From Microcystis aeruginosa NIES-2549 (GTDB lineage Bacteria; Cyanobacteriota; Cyanobacteriia; Cyanobacteriales; Microcystaceae): a stretch of DNA of 32,000 bases. A program made the translations under genes and the position numbers. The DNA lies in NCBI RefSeq assembly GCF_000981785.2, contig NZ_CP011304.1, positions 3,630,001 through 3,662,000 of the forward strand, read 5' to 3'. This document shows positions 7,364 to 15,310 of the stretch, piece by piece. Numbering within the stretch: the first letter of the stretch is position 1; every line of letters starts with the position of its first letter. Below the pieces are notes generated by a model. The model was not told the DNA's origin. It saw only the letters and a program-made list of their open reading frames with translations, and did not search any database.

Positions 7364-7438
7364 AAACTGATTATTTATTCCCCCTTTTGCATGAGGTTCT
7401 CTCCTTTATAAGTAGCCTATACTCAACGGATTTAGTAT
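7344..7438. mobile_element. MITE-like element, copy 2
   Basis: ATACTAAATCTGGTTATTAAAAACTGATTATTTATTCCCCCTTTTGC...CTATACTCAACGGATTTAGTAT has the same termini and 5' ~47 nt as 4379-4485. Confidence 0.6.
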
Positions 7439-7662
7439 AATTGCTGATTGTCGGTATTCCTGCAAATGTAAGATGCACCAGGTCAATTTATTGCGGGGGA
7501 ACCTAGGAGCGAAGGTGATCATTTCGGTCAAAGAAATAAGTATAGGTAGAACCTCGCTTATCTGCATTCCAAGGTAGAACCTTGCAACCAGTCAAAAATA
7601 TTTATATAATCCAAAACTATCTTAAACATAAAAATCAATAAAAAATGATGATTAAATACCCC

Positions 7663-7691
7663 TTGACTTCCCCCCCCCCTTGTGATATTTT
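7663..7691 (+). promoter_or_regulatory. candidate sigma70-type promoter with a C10 tract in the spacer
   Basis: TTGACT (7663-7668), a 17-nt spacer containing C10 (7670-7679), then TATTTT (7686-7691). It lies ~75 nt upstream of the ATG at 7765. Confidence 0.35.
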
Positions 7692-7764
7692 TTGCTGTGG
7701 GATATTGGCGCAAAACTAGCGTTAAATATGACCATAATTTTCTCCTATTACTGTCATCGAATCC

Positions 7765-8460
7765 ATGAAAAAATTACTGACAATTTTAACCCCCTTGACT
7801 CTGATGGGGTTAGCTGGGGTTACTCCTGCTCAAGCGGCAATAGTAGCTGGTTGGAACGAATTTACTGCTTTTACGGCAACCTATCCCAAAGCGGCGGATA
7901 ATGTAGGTGCGAATATAACCAGCACTGGGTTAGATACCGCCGGGATAAATCGGTTGGGTGGTCCTCCTTTCTTGTTGGGTAATACGAGTTCTGGCGGTTG
8001 GAATACAGGTAGCACTGTTAATACCAGCCAATACGTCGAATTTGCCGTACAACCCGGTGCAGGTTTTCAAGTCGATTTTACTAACTTGCAACTCAATGCG
8101 AAGCAGGATGAAACGCGGCTAGATTTGGTCTTGCGCTCTAGTGTTGATGGGTTCACCAGTAATTTAGGGACACAAGTTAGCCTAACAGATAGCTTTAATA
8201 CCTACAGCTTTGATCTAAGCAGTTTAGCACCCCAAACCGGCCCGGTACAGTTCCGTCTCTATGGACTGAATGCTGACTCCTCCTTTATCTACTTCCATGG
8301 TGAAAACTCCGCTAATGTTACCGGGGGTGGGTTTGTGGCTCTTAATGGGGATATCACTGCTACTGGTGGCGGTGCTGTATCAACCCCGGAACCTAGTAGT
8401 ATAGTTGGTTTAATTGCTGTTGGTGCCTTGGGTGCCGCTTCCCTTCGTCGTCGGGGATAA
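7765..8460 (+). CDS. PEP-CTERM sorting-domain secreted protein
   Basis: Signal peptide MKKLLTILTPLTLMGLAGVTPAQA. The C-terminus VSTPEPSSIVGLIAVGALGAASLRRRG is a PEP motif plus TM helix plus basic tail. Confidence 0.85.
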   Translation: MKKLLTILTPLTLMGLAGVTPAQAAIVAGWNEFTAFTATYPKAADNVGANITSTGLDTAGINRLGGPPFLLGNTSSGGWNTGSTVNTSQYVEFAVQPGAGFQVDFTNLQLNAKQDETRLDLVLRSSVDGFTSNLGTQVSLTDSFNTYSFDLSSLAPQTGPVQFRLYGLNADSSFIYFHGENSANVTGGGFVALNGDITATGGGAVSTPEPSSIVGLIAVGALGAASLRRRG

Positions 8461-8473
8461 ATTATCCTTGGCA

Positions 8474-8498
8474 GGGGCAACTACAGAGGGGTTGCCCC
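8474..8498 (+). terminator. stem-loop after the PEP-CTERM gene
   Basis: GGGGCAAC (8474-8481) pairs with GTTGCCCC (8491-8498) around a 9-nt loop. No U-tract follows, so terminator function is uncertain. Confidence 0.4.
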
Positions 8499-8505
8499 GA
8501 TATCT

Positions 8506-8514
8506 TGATATAAT
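8506..8514 (+). promoter_or_regulatory. extended -10 element (TGaTATAAT) upstream of the TA pair
   Basis: TG at 8506-8507 and TATAAT at 8509-8514, ~43 nt upstream of the ATG at 8557. Confidence 0.3.
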
Positions 8515-8556
8515 CGGGAGTGATAGGTCAATTATCTTTTCTGAATAGGGGCAAAT

Positions 8557-8772
8557 ATGCAGATAAAAGACATGACTCCCCAAGAGTTACAAAGTTTAAT
8601 CCGTAATACAGTAGATGATACTCTAGATGAATACTTTGGTGATCCGGATGAGGGAAAACAAGTTAAGGAATCTTTTAAAGAAAAGTTATTAGAAATCCAA
8701 CAAAAAAGACTACAAGGAAGAGCGACTATTCCTGCAGCTGAGGTGGATAAAAGATATGGGATAGAACCTTAA
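8557..8772 (+). CDS. putative antitoxin of a relE/parE-type TA pair
   Basis: 71-aa acidic ORF whose stop (8770-8772) abuts the toxin ATG at 8773. Assignment rests on position and size. Confidence 0.6.
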   Translation: MQIKDMTPQELQSLIRNTVDDTLDEYFGDPDEGKQVKESFKEKLLEIQQKRLQGRATIPAAEVDKRYGIEP

Positions 8773-9033
8773 ATGAGCTATTCTGTTACTTTTGAACCAG
8801 AGTCGATAACTGATTTAGATTTGATCACAGATTTTATCAGACTGAGGATTCTTAATAAAATTAAATGGTTAGCTATCAACTTTGAACAGATAACTCCCCT
8901 ACCTCTTACGAGAGAATGGTCAGGGTTTTACAAATTAAGAGTAGGAGATTATCGGGTTATTTATGAATTTGATCGAGAGAGTAGGATAATTATTATTGTT
9001 AGAGTAGGTCATAGAAGTGAAGTTTATGACTAA
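8773..9033 (+). CDS. type II toxin, RelE/ParE family
   Basis: 86 aa. The C-terminal half WSGFYKLRVGDYRVIYEFDRESRIIIIVRVGHRSEVY is the characteristic RelE/ParE pattern. Confidence 0.8.
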   Translation: MSYSVTFEPESITDLDLITDFIRLRILNKIKWLAINFEQITPLPLTREWSGFYKLRVGDYRVIYEFDRESRIIIIVRVGHRSEVYD

Positions 9034-9248
9034 ATACTTACTAAAATAATTGGGATCAGCAATAAGCTAAGACGCATTTTAAACGCCTATCCTTAGAATA
9101 GCGAGATTATTTTCTAGTAAAAATTGCCAAAGACAGCCCAATTATTGACAAAATTATGGCAGCATAAATCGAGCGGTAGCCCTGATTAATTACGGCACGG
9201 CATATAATAAAAAATGGTCTCCCTAAACCAGTTGCCAAAATCGCCGCC

Positions 9249-10058
9249 ATGGACAGTCAATTACTCGATAAACTCGGACAATTACAAAACCTCTTACAAA
9301 CCAGTGAAAAGGCTCTGATTGCCTATTCTGGGGGCGTGGATAGCACCCTAGTGGCAAAAGTGGCCTATGATCTGCTAGGGAGTCAAGCATTGGCAATTAC
9401 GGCGGTTTCCCCTTCCCTACTGCCGGAAGAATTGGAAGAAGCGATCGCTCAGGCCGATTATATCGGTATTCCGCATGAATTGGTGGAAACCGAGGAAATG
9501 AATAACCCTAATTACACCAGTAATCCCGTTAATCGCTGTTATTTCTGCAAAAGTGAGCTACACGACACCCTTAAACCCCTCGCTCTCGCTCGTGGTTATT
9601 CCTACGTCATCGATGGCGTTAATGCTGATGATTTAAGGGATTATCGTCCCGGGATCCAAGCCGCTAGGGAGCGCGGCGCTCGTTCACCTTTGGCGGAAAT
9701 TGCTATCACAAAAAGCGAAGTTCGTCAACTATCCCGTTACTTAAATTTACCTTGGTGGGATAAACCGGCGCAACCCTGTTTAAGTTCCCGTTTTCCCTAC
9801 GGGGAGGAAATTAGCCTGGAGAAATTGCAAAGAGTCGGACGGGCGGAGATTTATCTGCGAAAATTAGGTTATCGTCAATTACGGGTGCGATCGAGCGGCG
9901 ATACGGCACGGATTGAATTACCAGCAGCAGAAATCCCCGACTTTATTAATCGGACAAATTTAAGCGAATTAGTCGCTGATCTGCAAAAATTAGGCTTTAT
10001 CTATGTCACCCTCGATCTAGAAGGTTATCAAAGCGGCAAGCTTAATCGAGTCCTCTAG
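9249..10058 (+). CDS. larE: LarE-like ATP-dependent sulfur transferase (adenine nucleotide alpha-hydrolase, TIGR00268-type)
   Basis: 269 aa with the PP-loop AYSGGVDSTLVA, and the conserved RCYFCK and PCLSSRFPYGEEIS segments seen in LarE homologues. Confidence 0.8.
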   Translation: MDSQLLDKLGQLQNLLQTSEKALIAYSGGVDSTLVAKVAYDLLGSQALAITAVSPSLLPEELEEAIAQADYIGIPHELVETEEMNNPNYTSNPVNRCYFCKSELHDTLKPLALARGYSYVIDGVNADDLRDYRPGIQAARERGARSPLAEIAITKSEVRQLSRYLNLPWWDKPAQPCLSSRFPYGEEISLEKLQRVGRAEIYLRKLGYRQLRVRSSGDTARIELPAAEIPDFINRTNLSELVADLQKLGFIYVTLDLEGYQSGKLNRVL

Positions 10059-10153
10059 GAGTGAGGTGATGGGAGATGGGGGTGGGGGGCTGACAGGTGT
10101 AGGTTTATTACAAAGAGGTGAGCAGTCACACACTCAGGGTGAGAAAATCAAGC

Positions 10154-11366
10154 TGGTGGTCTGTCAAGATGTTATTGACGGATACAATCTTTTTAATTTA
10201 ATTCGGGCATCTTCAGTGGTAAATCGCCAATCTACAGGAGCAGAATTTTCATTTCTGCGTTTTTCCCCAGCTGCTACTTCTTCTGTTAAGATTTCCTTGT
10301 CTTCAATACGCCGATCAAGGCACTGTCGGCTTAAAACACTCAACTCAATTTCAGCCATATTTAACCAACTTCCATGTTTAGGAGTATAATGAAACTCCAA
10401 TTTATCCAGAATGCGTCTTGCTTTGACTGGGGTAAAAGCTTGATAAAGAGATGCTTTGACATGAGTATTCAGATTATCTTGAACTACTTTAATTTTCTTG
10501 GCTTGAGGATGACGTTGAGCAACTAAATACTTCATTTGTTGGGCATAGTCAACAATCCTACGTTGGTCAGTAACTTCCATATATCTCCAACCCGTGAACG
10601 GCTCAAAAAACATGAATAAATTAGAAACTCCCTCTCGCTGATATTCATAATCAAAACGTTCGGACTTACCCGGTTCGGCAGCAATTGGCGAATTGATTTC
10701 TGAAATCAGTTGTTTTGAGGTCTCATCAAAACAAACTAAGGGATAATCTGGGTCATAGTTGCTGGTGTAAAGTTGTAACACTTCTGACCTTTGACAGACA
10801 AATTCGGCATTGGCTTGAGGTGGAATTACCCAAGATTCTTTTAACCAAGGTTTTATCTCGTTTTTTTTAAGACCTGTCGCACTGTTTCATAAGAAATGCT
10901 TTCTATGTATTCTAAAGTTACCATTTCCTCTGCCAGTAGTCGTAATGTCCAACGGTTATAACCTTGAGGCACTTGTGAGCAAGCCAGTGCGATTAAATGG
11001 GCTTCTGCTTCTCCGTCTATCTTTTTGAGCTTTAATGACTTTTTCGGACGAGGGTTAAGTGCATTTTCTAGGCTTTCTTCCACAAATCTTTGTCTGACTC
11101 TCTCAATGCTTCTGGTACTGATATTCAAGGCTTCACTGATTTGTTTATCTGTACAACCTCCATCGGGTTGATTGATATCTGCTTTCAGTAAAATTCGAGC
11201 ATGATTAATTTTTCTAGCGGAAGCTCTACCTGTTGTGGTTAGTTTGTTGAGACTCTTGCGTTCATCTTCAGTTAAGCAGACAATGTATTGTTTGGCTGGC
11301 ATTGTTTTTCGGGGTTAGCTTATTTACATTCCTATTATCCGACATAATTGCTTTGACAGACCACCA
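10154..11366 (-). mobile_element. IS630-family insertion sequence (~1.2 kb)
   Basis: Terminal inverted repeats TGGTGGTCTGTCAA (10154-10167) and TTGACAGACCACCA (11353-11366), with weaker similarity extending ~30 bp inward (TTAT..CGGATA). They enclose the IS630-type transposase. No clean TA duplication is visible on the left flank. Confidence 0.8.
10164..11302 (-). CDS. IS630-family DDE transposase, two frames joined by a -1 shift in an A8 run
   Basis: The HTH part 10853..11302 ends ...RQVLKKTR*. Slipping -1 in AAAAAAAA (T8 on plus strand, 10861-10868) gives ...VLKKNEIKPWLKESWVIPPQANAEFVCQRSEVLQLYTSNYD..., which continues into the DDE part (CFDETSKQL, VQDNLNTH, HGSWLNMAEIE) ending at 10164. 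Confidence 0.8.
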
Positions 11367-11453
11367 ATATTTTGTCGCCATCAGCTTTTAGCCACAATTC
11401 AATTGAGTATAAAATAATCTCAGAAAAAGCCTCCAGAAAATGTCAAATCAACC

Positions 11454-11990
11454 ATGAAAACAATCATTTTGATTTCTAGTCTATCTTTAACAATGGTAGT
11501 CGGTGCTTCCTGGGCAAAACCGAATATAGTTTTGGCTCAAACTTGTAATTACTTTGCCGGAACTGCTGTCACGGGAAAAAGCGTTAACATCGATTTATGT
11601 TCGATTGTTCCGGCTAGTTCGCGTAGTGTTGACTTTGTTTATTATTTAGGAAATCAACGACTGGTTAGCCAAGCTAATTGTGATAACGGAACTTGGACGA
11701 CTTTTCCCGAAAGACAAATTCATCGTCCCCGCTCTCAGGCGACTCAAACAATGCTAGAGGTGGTGTGTAGTTACAGATTCGATAGTTCTCAATCTACATC
11801 AAGAATCGCTACAGCAATAGTGTTTTCTCCACCATCAAATGTGAGAACGTCCCCCAATGGCAATATCATCTGTTCAGTCAGAGAACCTAGAACCATCAAT
11901 ATTTATGGTTCGGTTGGTCCTTGGTATTATACGGATGTCTGTGGAGAAATGGGTCTTATACATTCCAGTCAAATTAAATTTGACAAATAG
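11454..11990 (+). CDS. secreted hypothetical protein with C-terminal SH3b-like segment
   Basis: Signal-like N-terminus MKTIILISSLSLTMVVGASWA and several Cys. The C-terminal NVRTSPNGNIICSVREPRTINIYGSVGPWYYTDVCGEMGLIHSSQI resembles bacterial SH3 domains. Confidence 0.55.
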   Translation: MKTIILISSLSLTMVVGASWAKPNIVLAQTCNYFAGTAVTGKSVNIDLCSIVPASSRSVDFVYYLGNQRLVSQANCDNGTWTTFPERQIHRPRSQATQTMLEVVCSYRFDSSQSTSRIATAIVFSPPSNVRTSPNGNIICSVREPRTINIYGSVGPWYYTDVCGEMGLIHSSQIKFDK

Positions 11991-13662
11991 AGATCGCGTT
12001 TCTGCGGGAACACAGAAACGGGTAGAATCAATCAATGCAGTTGTTTTCTTTCGAGGTGTCATCATTACTAAGAAAGCTACCCGTTCCTTAGCCGGTATTG
12101 CCGGAATTGTCGCCGTTGCCACCTTAATCAGTAAGGTTTTTGGTTTAGTCCGCGAACAGGTAATCGCCGCTGCCTACGGTGTTGGACCAGTGGTGAACGC
12201 CTACGCTTTTGCCTACGTTATCCCCGGTTTTCTGTTAATTCTCCTCGGTGGTATTAACGGCCCCTTTCACAGCGCTTTGGTCAGTGTTTTGGCCAAAAGA
12301 GATAAATCCGAGTCCGCGCCGATTGTCGAGACTGTCACCACCCTAGTCAGCGCGATTTTATTAGCTGTCACCGTCTTTTTAATCGTTTTTGCCAATATTT
12401 TTATCGATGTTCTCGCCCCCGGTTTAGATGCCGCCACCCGTGCCATGGCCATTCAACAACTGCAAATTATGGCCCCCATGGCGGTTTTAGCCGGTTTAAT
12501 CGGCATCGGTTTCGGTACTCTCAATGCGGCGGATCAATACTGGCTACCGAGTCTCAGTCCGCTTTTTTCCAGTGTGGCGGTGATTATCGGGGTGGGTTTG
12601 CTGGCTTGGTTTCTTGGCGATCGCATTGATGAGCCGCAATATATTCAACTGGGGGGTTTTGTCCTCGCCGGCGGTACTCTCATCGGGGCGCTCTGGCAAT
12701 GGTTAGCACAAGTGGGCGCACAAGTCAAGTCAGGTTTAGGAAAATTAACATTTCGTTGGGATTGGCGGATACCGGGGGTGTCGGAGGTGTTGCGGGTGAT
12801 GATTCCGGCGACCTTATCTTCGGGAATGTTGCATATTAACGTTTATACTGACCTCTTTTTTGCTTCTTTTATCGAAAATGCCGCCGCTTCCATGCGTTAC
12901 GCCAGTTTTATCGTTCTCACGCCCTTGGGCATCATGTCCAACATGATTCTCGTGCCGTTTATGCCGATATTTTCTCGACTGACGGAACCGGAAAATTGGG
13001 GAGAATTGAAGCAAAGAATCCGTCAGGGTTTATTATTGACGGCTTTAACCATGTTACCCTTCACCGCTATCTTTATCGCCCTCGCTTTCCCGGTAGTGCG
13101 AGTTATCTATCAACGGGGTGCTTTTAATCTGGCTGCCTCGGAACAGGTGGTTCCCGTATTAATGGCCTACGGTTTCGGGATGTTTTTCTATCTCGGCCGC
13201 GATGTTTTAGTACGAGTGTTCTATGCCTTGGGTGATGGTGACACCCCCTTTAAGGTGAGTATGGTGAATATTTTTCTCAATGGTGTGCTGGATTTCCTCT
13301 TGTATAAACCTTTTGGTACTCCGGGGATTGTTTTAGCAACCGTGGGGGTTAATATCATTTCTATGGGCATTTTTACGGTAATTTTAAATCGTCGTTTAGG
13401 GGGTTTACCTCTGGGAGAATGGGGTTTATCCTTATTGGGATTAACGGTAATTACAATACTTTCTGGTGTTAGTAGTTGGGGTGCTAGTTGGGGTTGGGAA
13501 AAGGTTTTCGGTGCTGGTAATATTTTCTTGCAATTATTACAGTTGGGTTTGGCCTCGACCGTAGCGGTGGGTTTATTCCTCCTCGGTGCGATGTTATTGA
13601 AGTTACCTGAATTAGACCTATTAATCTCGCGATTTCGTCAGAAGTTCTTGAAAAAATCTTAG
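11935..13662 (+). CDS. murJ: lipid II flippase MurJ (MviN); start uncertain
   Basis: ...KKATRSLAGIAGIVAVATLISKVFGLVREQVIAAAYGVGPVVNAYAFAYVIPGFLLILLGGINGPFHSALVSVLAK is the canonical MurJ N-terminus, followed by a multi-TM body. The conserved region begins ~12070. In-frame candidate starts are ATG 11857, ATG 11935 and TTG 11980. No canonical start lies closer. Confidence 0.88.
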   Translation: MSVEKWVLYIPVKLNLTNRDRVSAGTQKRVESINAVVFFRGVIITKKATRSLAGIAGIVAVATLISKVFGLVREQVIAAAYGVGPVVNAYAFAYVIPGFLLILLGGINGPFHSALVSVLAKRDKSESAPIVETVTTLVSAILLAVTVFLIVFANIFIDVLAPGLDAATRAMAIQQLQIMAPMAVLAGLIGIGFGTLNAADQYWLPSLSPLFSSVAVIIGVGLLAWFLGDRIDEPQYIQLGGFVLAGGTLIGALWQWLAQVGAQVKSGLGKLTFRWDWRIPGVSEVLRVMIPATLSSGMLHINVYTDLFFASFIENAAASMRYASFIVLTPLGIMSNMILVPFMPIFSRLTEPENWGELKQRIRQGLLLTALTMLPFTAIFIALAFPVVRVIYQRGAFNLAASEQVVPVLMAYGFGMFFYLGRDVLVRVFYALGDGDTPFKVSMVNIFLNGVLDFLLYKPFGTPGIVLATVGVNIISMGIFTVILNRRLGGLPLGEWGLSLLGLTVITILSGVSSWGASWGWEKVFGAGNIFLQLLQLGLASTVAVGLFLLGAMLLKLPELDLLISRFRQKFLKKS

Positions 13663-13737
13663 GTTTAAGTTGCTGCCTCACTAGATTAAAGAAGGGTTAA
13701 ACCCTAGCTAATACCAAATCAGTTTTTAAGAGTCTGA

Positions 13738-14067
13738 TTAACTCCCTCCCTCCCTCGTAATTACTGTTGTAGGGGACGGAAGAATTTTTTCAATTTGCTC
13801 GCTCTCTTTTTGTTTAATGTCAAACAAATCCAATCGGATTTGAAGATTTAACCAAAAATCAGGAGAGACTTGCAAGTATTTAGCTAGTCTTAAAGCGGTG
13901 CTAGGGGTAATCCCCCGACGACCGTTGACGATTTCGTTAATTTGTCGGTAGGGAACTCCGATTGCGTCGGCAAGTTGACGTTGTGTGATTCCCATCGGCT
14001 GCAAAAATTCCTCTTTCAGCATCTGGCCCGGATGGGTGGGTCTTCTATGGGTAGGTATGCGAACCAT
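13738..14067 (-). CDS. higA: HigA-family antitoxin (XRE helix-turn-helix)
   Basis: HPGQMLKEEFLQPMGITQRQLADAIGVPYRQINEIVNGRRGITPSTALRLAKYL is the HigA/VapI HTH pattern. The gene lies 15 nt downstream of higB. Confidence 0.85.
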   Translation of the reverse strand: MVRIPTHRRPTHPGQMLKEEFLQPMGITQRQLADAIGVPYRQINEIVNGRRGITPSTALRLAKYLQVSPDFWLNLQIRLDLFDIKQKESEQIEKILPSPTTVITREGGS

Positions 14068-14082
14068 GCTTATACTCCTTTT

Positions 14083-14382
14083 TTAACTGGAATGATAATC
14101 AACGATTTCAACCATTTTTGCCCCGTTTACAGTCCAGATAAAACAGATACGGTACTGATCATTGATTCGGATACTATACTGACCTTGCCGATCACCGACT
14201 AAAACCTCTAAACGATTATTAGGTGGAACGCGGAGGTCATCTAGGGAGGTCGCCGAATCGACTAAATCGAGTTTTCGCCGGGCCACGTTCCATAAATTTC
14301 TAGGACAGACTTTCCGCGCTTTTTTTGTATCCTCACCGTTGAAAATATCTTCAGTAGCTGTATTCCTGAACGAGAGGATCAT
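14083..14382 (-). CDS. higB: HigB-family toxin (RelE/ParE superfamily killer protein)
   Basis: MILSFRNTATEDIFNGEDTKKARKVCPRNLWNVARRKLDLVDSATSLDDLRVPPNNRLEVL...YRICFIW is typical of HigB. The toxin-first order is characteristic of higBA. Confidence 0.85.
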   Translation of the reverse strand: MILSFRNTATEDIFNGEDTKKARKVCPRNLWNVARRKLDLVDSATSLDDLRVPPNNRLEVLVGDRQGQYSIRINDQYRICFIWTVNGAKMVEIVDYHSS

Positions 14383-14505
14383 AATAACACGGTAGCACGT
14401 TTATCATGTTAGACATTGTTATATCGGAAATGCCAGTTTCCTTGTTCTGACTTTCCCAACCGACGACCGACTCCTAACCGCAGTAAGAAGCTTTTTCAGC
14501 AAACC

Positions 14506-15156
14506 TTATTTATTTTTAGGAATTGGGGGCAGTTGCGGTGATTTTCGGCGAGAATTAGAACCGGATATTTTCGGGGGTAGGGGTGCAGAATTGCGATTAG
14601 ATAAACTTTGAAGGCTCTTTTTCATATTAGCAGGTTCTGGCAGTTCTAGAGTTACCCCTTCTCTAGCGGTCATTGTTTCCTCTGGTAGGCATAAATCAAA
14701 AACAAAGGCAGAATTATTGGTTAAATCGGCAAATTCTAATTTTACCATCTCTCGAGAGGATTCTAGTGCTAATAAAGGTTCAATTTCGGTTTTAATTAAC
14801 TGTTCTAATTGAGCCAGATAATTGATCTTAACAGGAGTAACAATTAAAGTTAACGTTTCTTGCCAACCTTGCCCCGCCAATTCTGCCAGAATATCCCCAT
14901 AACAGCGAATTTTCCAGCTACCTATTCCTAAATCTCGATAGGAAAAAATTTCTAGCCAACCCCCAGCATCCGATCGATAATAATGGGTATATCGTTCGCT
15001 ACTTTCGGGAGATTCGTAATCGATACGCACTTCAATATGAGCAAAAGGAGAATCCAGACGGGCCAAAAGACGATAGTTTCCCGAGACAATTTCTAGAGAA
15101 TTATTAGAAATTGTGCTTCCGTGATTCTCCCCTTGTTTTTGCAGTATAAATTCCAT
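14506..15156 (-). CDS. hypothetical protein (216 aa)
   Basis: Long clean ORF with a Pro/Ser/Lys-rich C-terminal tail. No family recognised. Confidence 0.55.
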   Translation of the reverse strand: MEFILQKQGENHGSTISNNSLEIVSGNYRLLARLDSPFAHIEVRIDYESPESSERYTHYYRSDAGGWLEIFSYRDLGIGSWKIRCYGDILAELAGQGWQETLTLIVTPVKINYLAQLEQLIKTEIEPLLALESSREMVKLEFADLTNNSAFVFDLCLPEETMTAREGVTLELPEPANMKKSLQSLSNRNSAPLPPKISGSNSRRKSPQLPPIPKNK

Positions 15157-15180
15157 AATCTTAGCCTAGGACTGATGTTT

Positions 15181-15285
15181 GGCCTCTTAGGTTTGGTGGG
15201 TAAAATGTATTCTAGGATACAGTCCCGCCAGCGAGCGAGTGGAACGAACCACAAAGACACAAAGGACACAAAGAATAAGAGAGCC
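15181..15285 (+). repeat. ~105-bp intergenic repeat, copy 1 (family shared with 18608-18826)
   Basis: GGCCTCTTAGGTTTGGTGGGTAAAATGTATTCTAGGATACAGTCCCGCCAGCGAGCGAGTGGAACGAACCACAAAGACACAAAGGACACAAAGAATAAGAGAGCC aligns along its length with 18608-18826 apart from scattered substitutions and the internal expansion in that copy. Confidence 0.7.
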
Positions 15286-15310
15286 TAATGTTTGCCCATG
15301 ACGCTAAAAC

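Noticed and set aside
7692-7901. TTG-initiated 69-aa ORF overlapping the PEP-CTERM gene start
   Set aside because: It is out of frame with, and largely overlapped by, the well-supported signal-peptide-bearing ORF at 7765.
9107-9250. 47-aa minus-strand ORF (MAAILATGLGRPFFIICRAVINQGYRSIYAAIILSIIGLSLAIFTRK) whose ATG overlaps the larE ATG in a CCATGG palindrome
   Set aside because: It is very short, has no visible ribosome-binding site, and I can assess no conservation evidence. I noted it but did not call it.
10071-10089. G-rich tract GGGAGATGGGGGTGGGGGG after larE as a second G-quadruplex candidate
   Set aside because: It has only three separable G-runs, so a four-run quadruplex needs a zero-length loop. 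It is much weaker than the 1995-2035 array.
10066-10389. 107-aa plus-strand ORF
   Set aside because: It starts in a G-rich intergenic stretch and runs antisense through the IS630 terminal repeat and transposase 3' end. It resembles no known protein.
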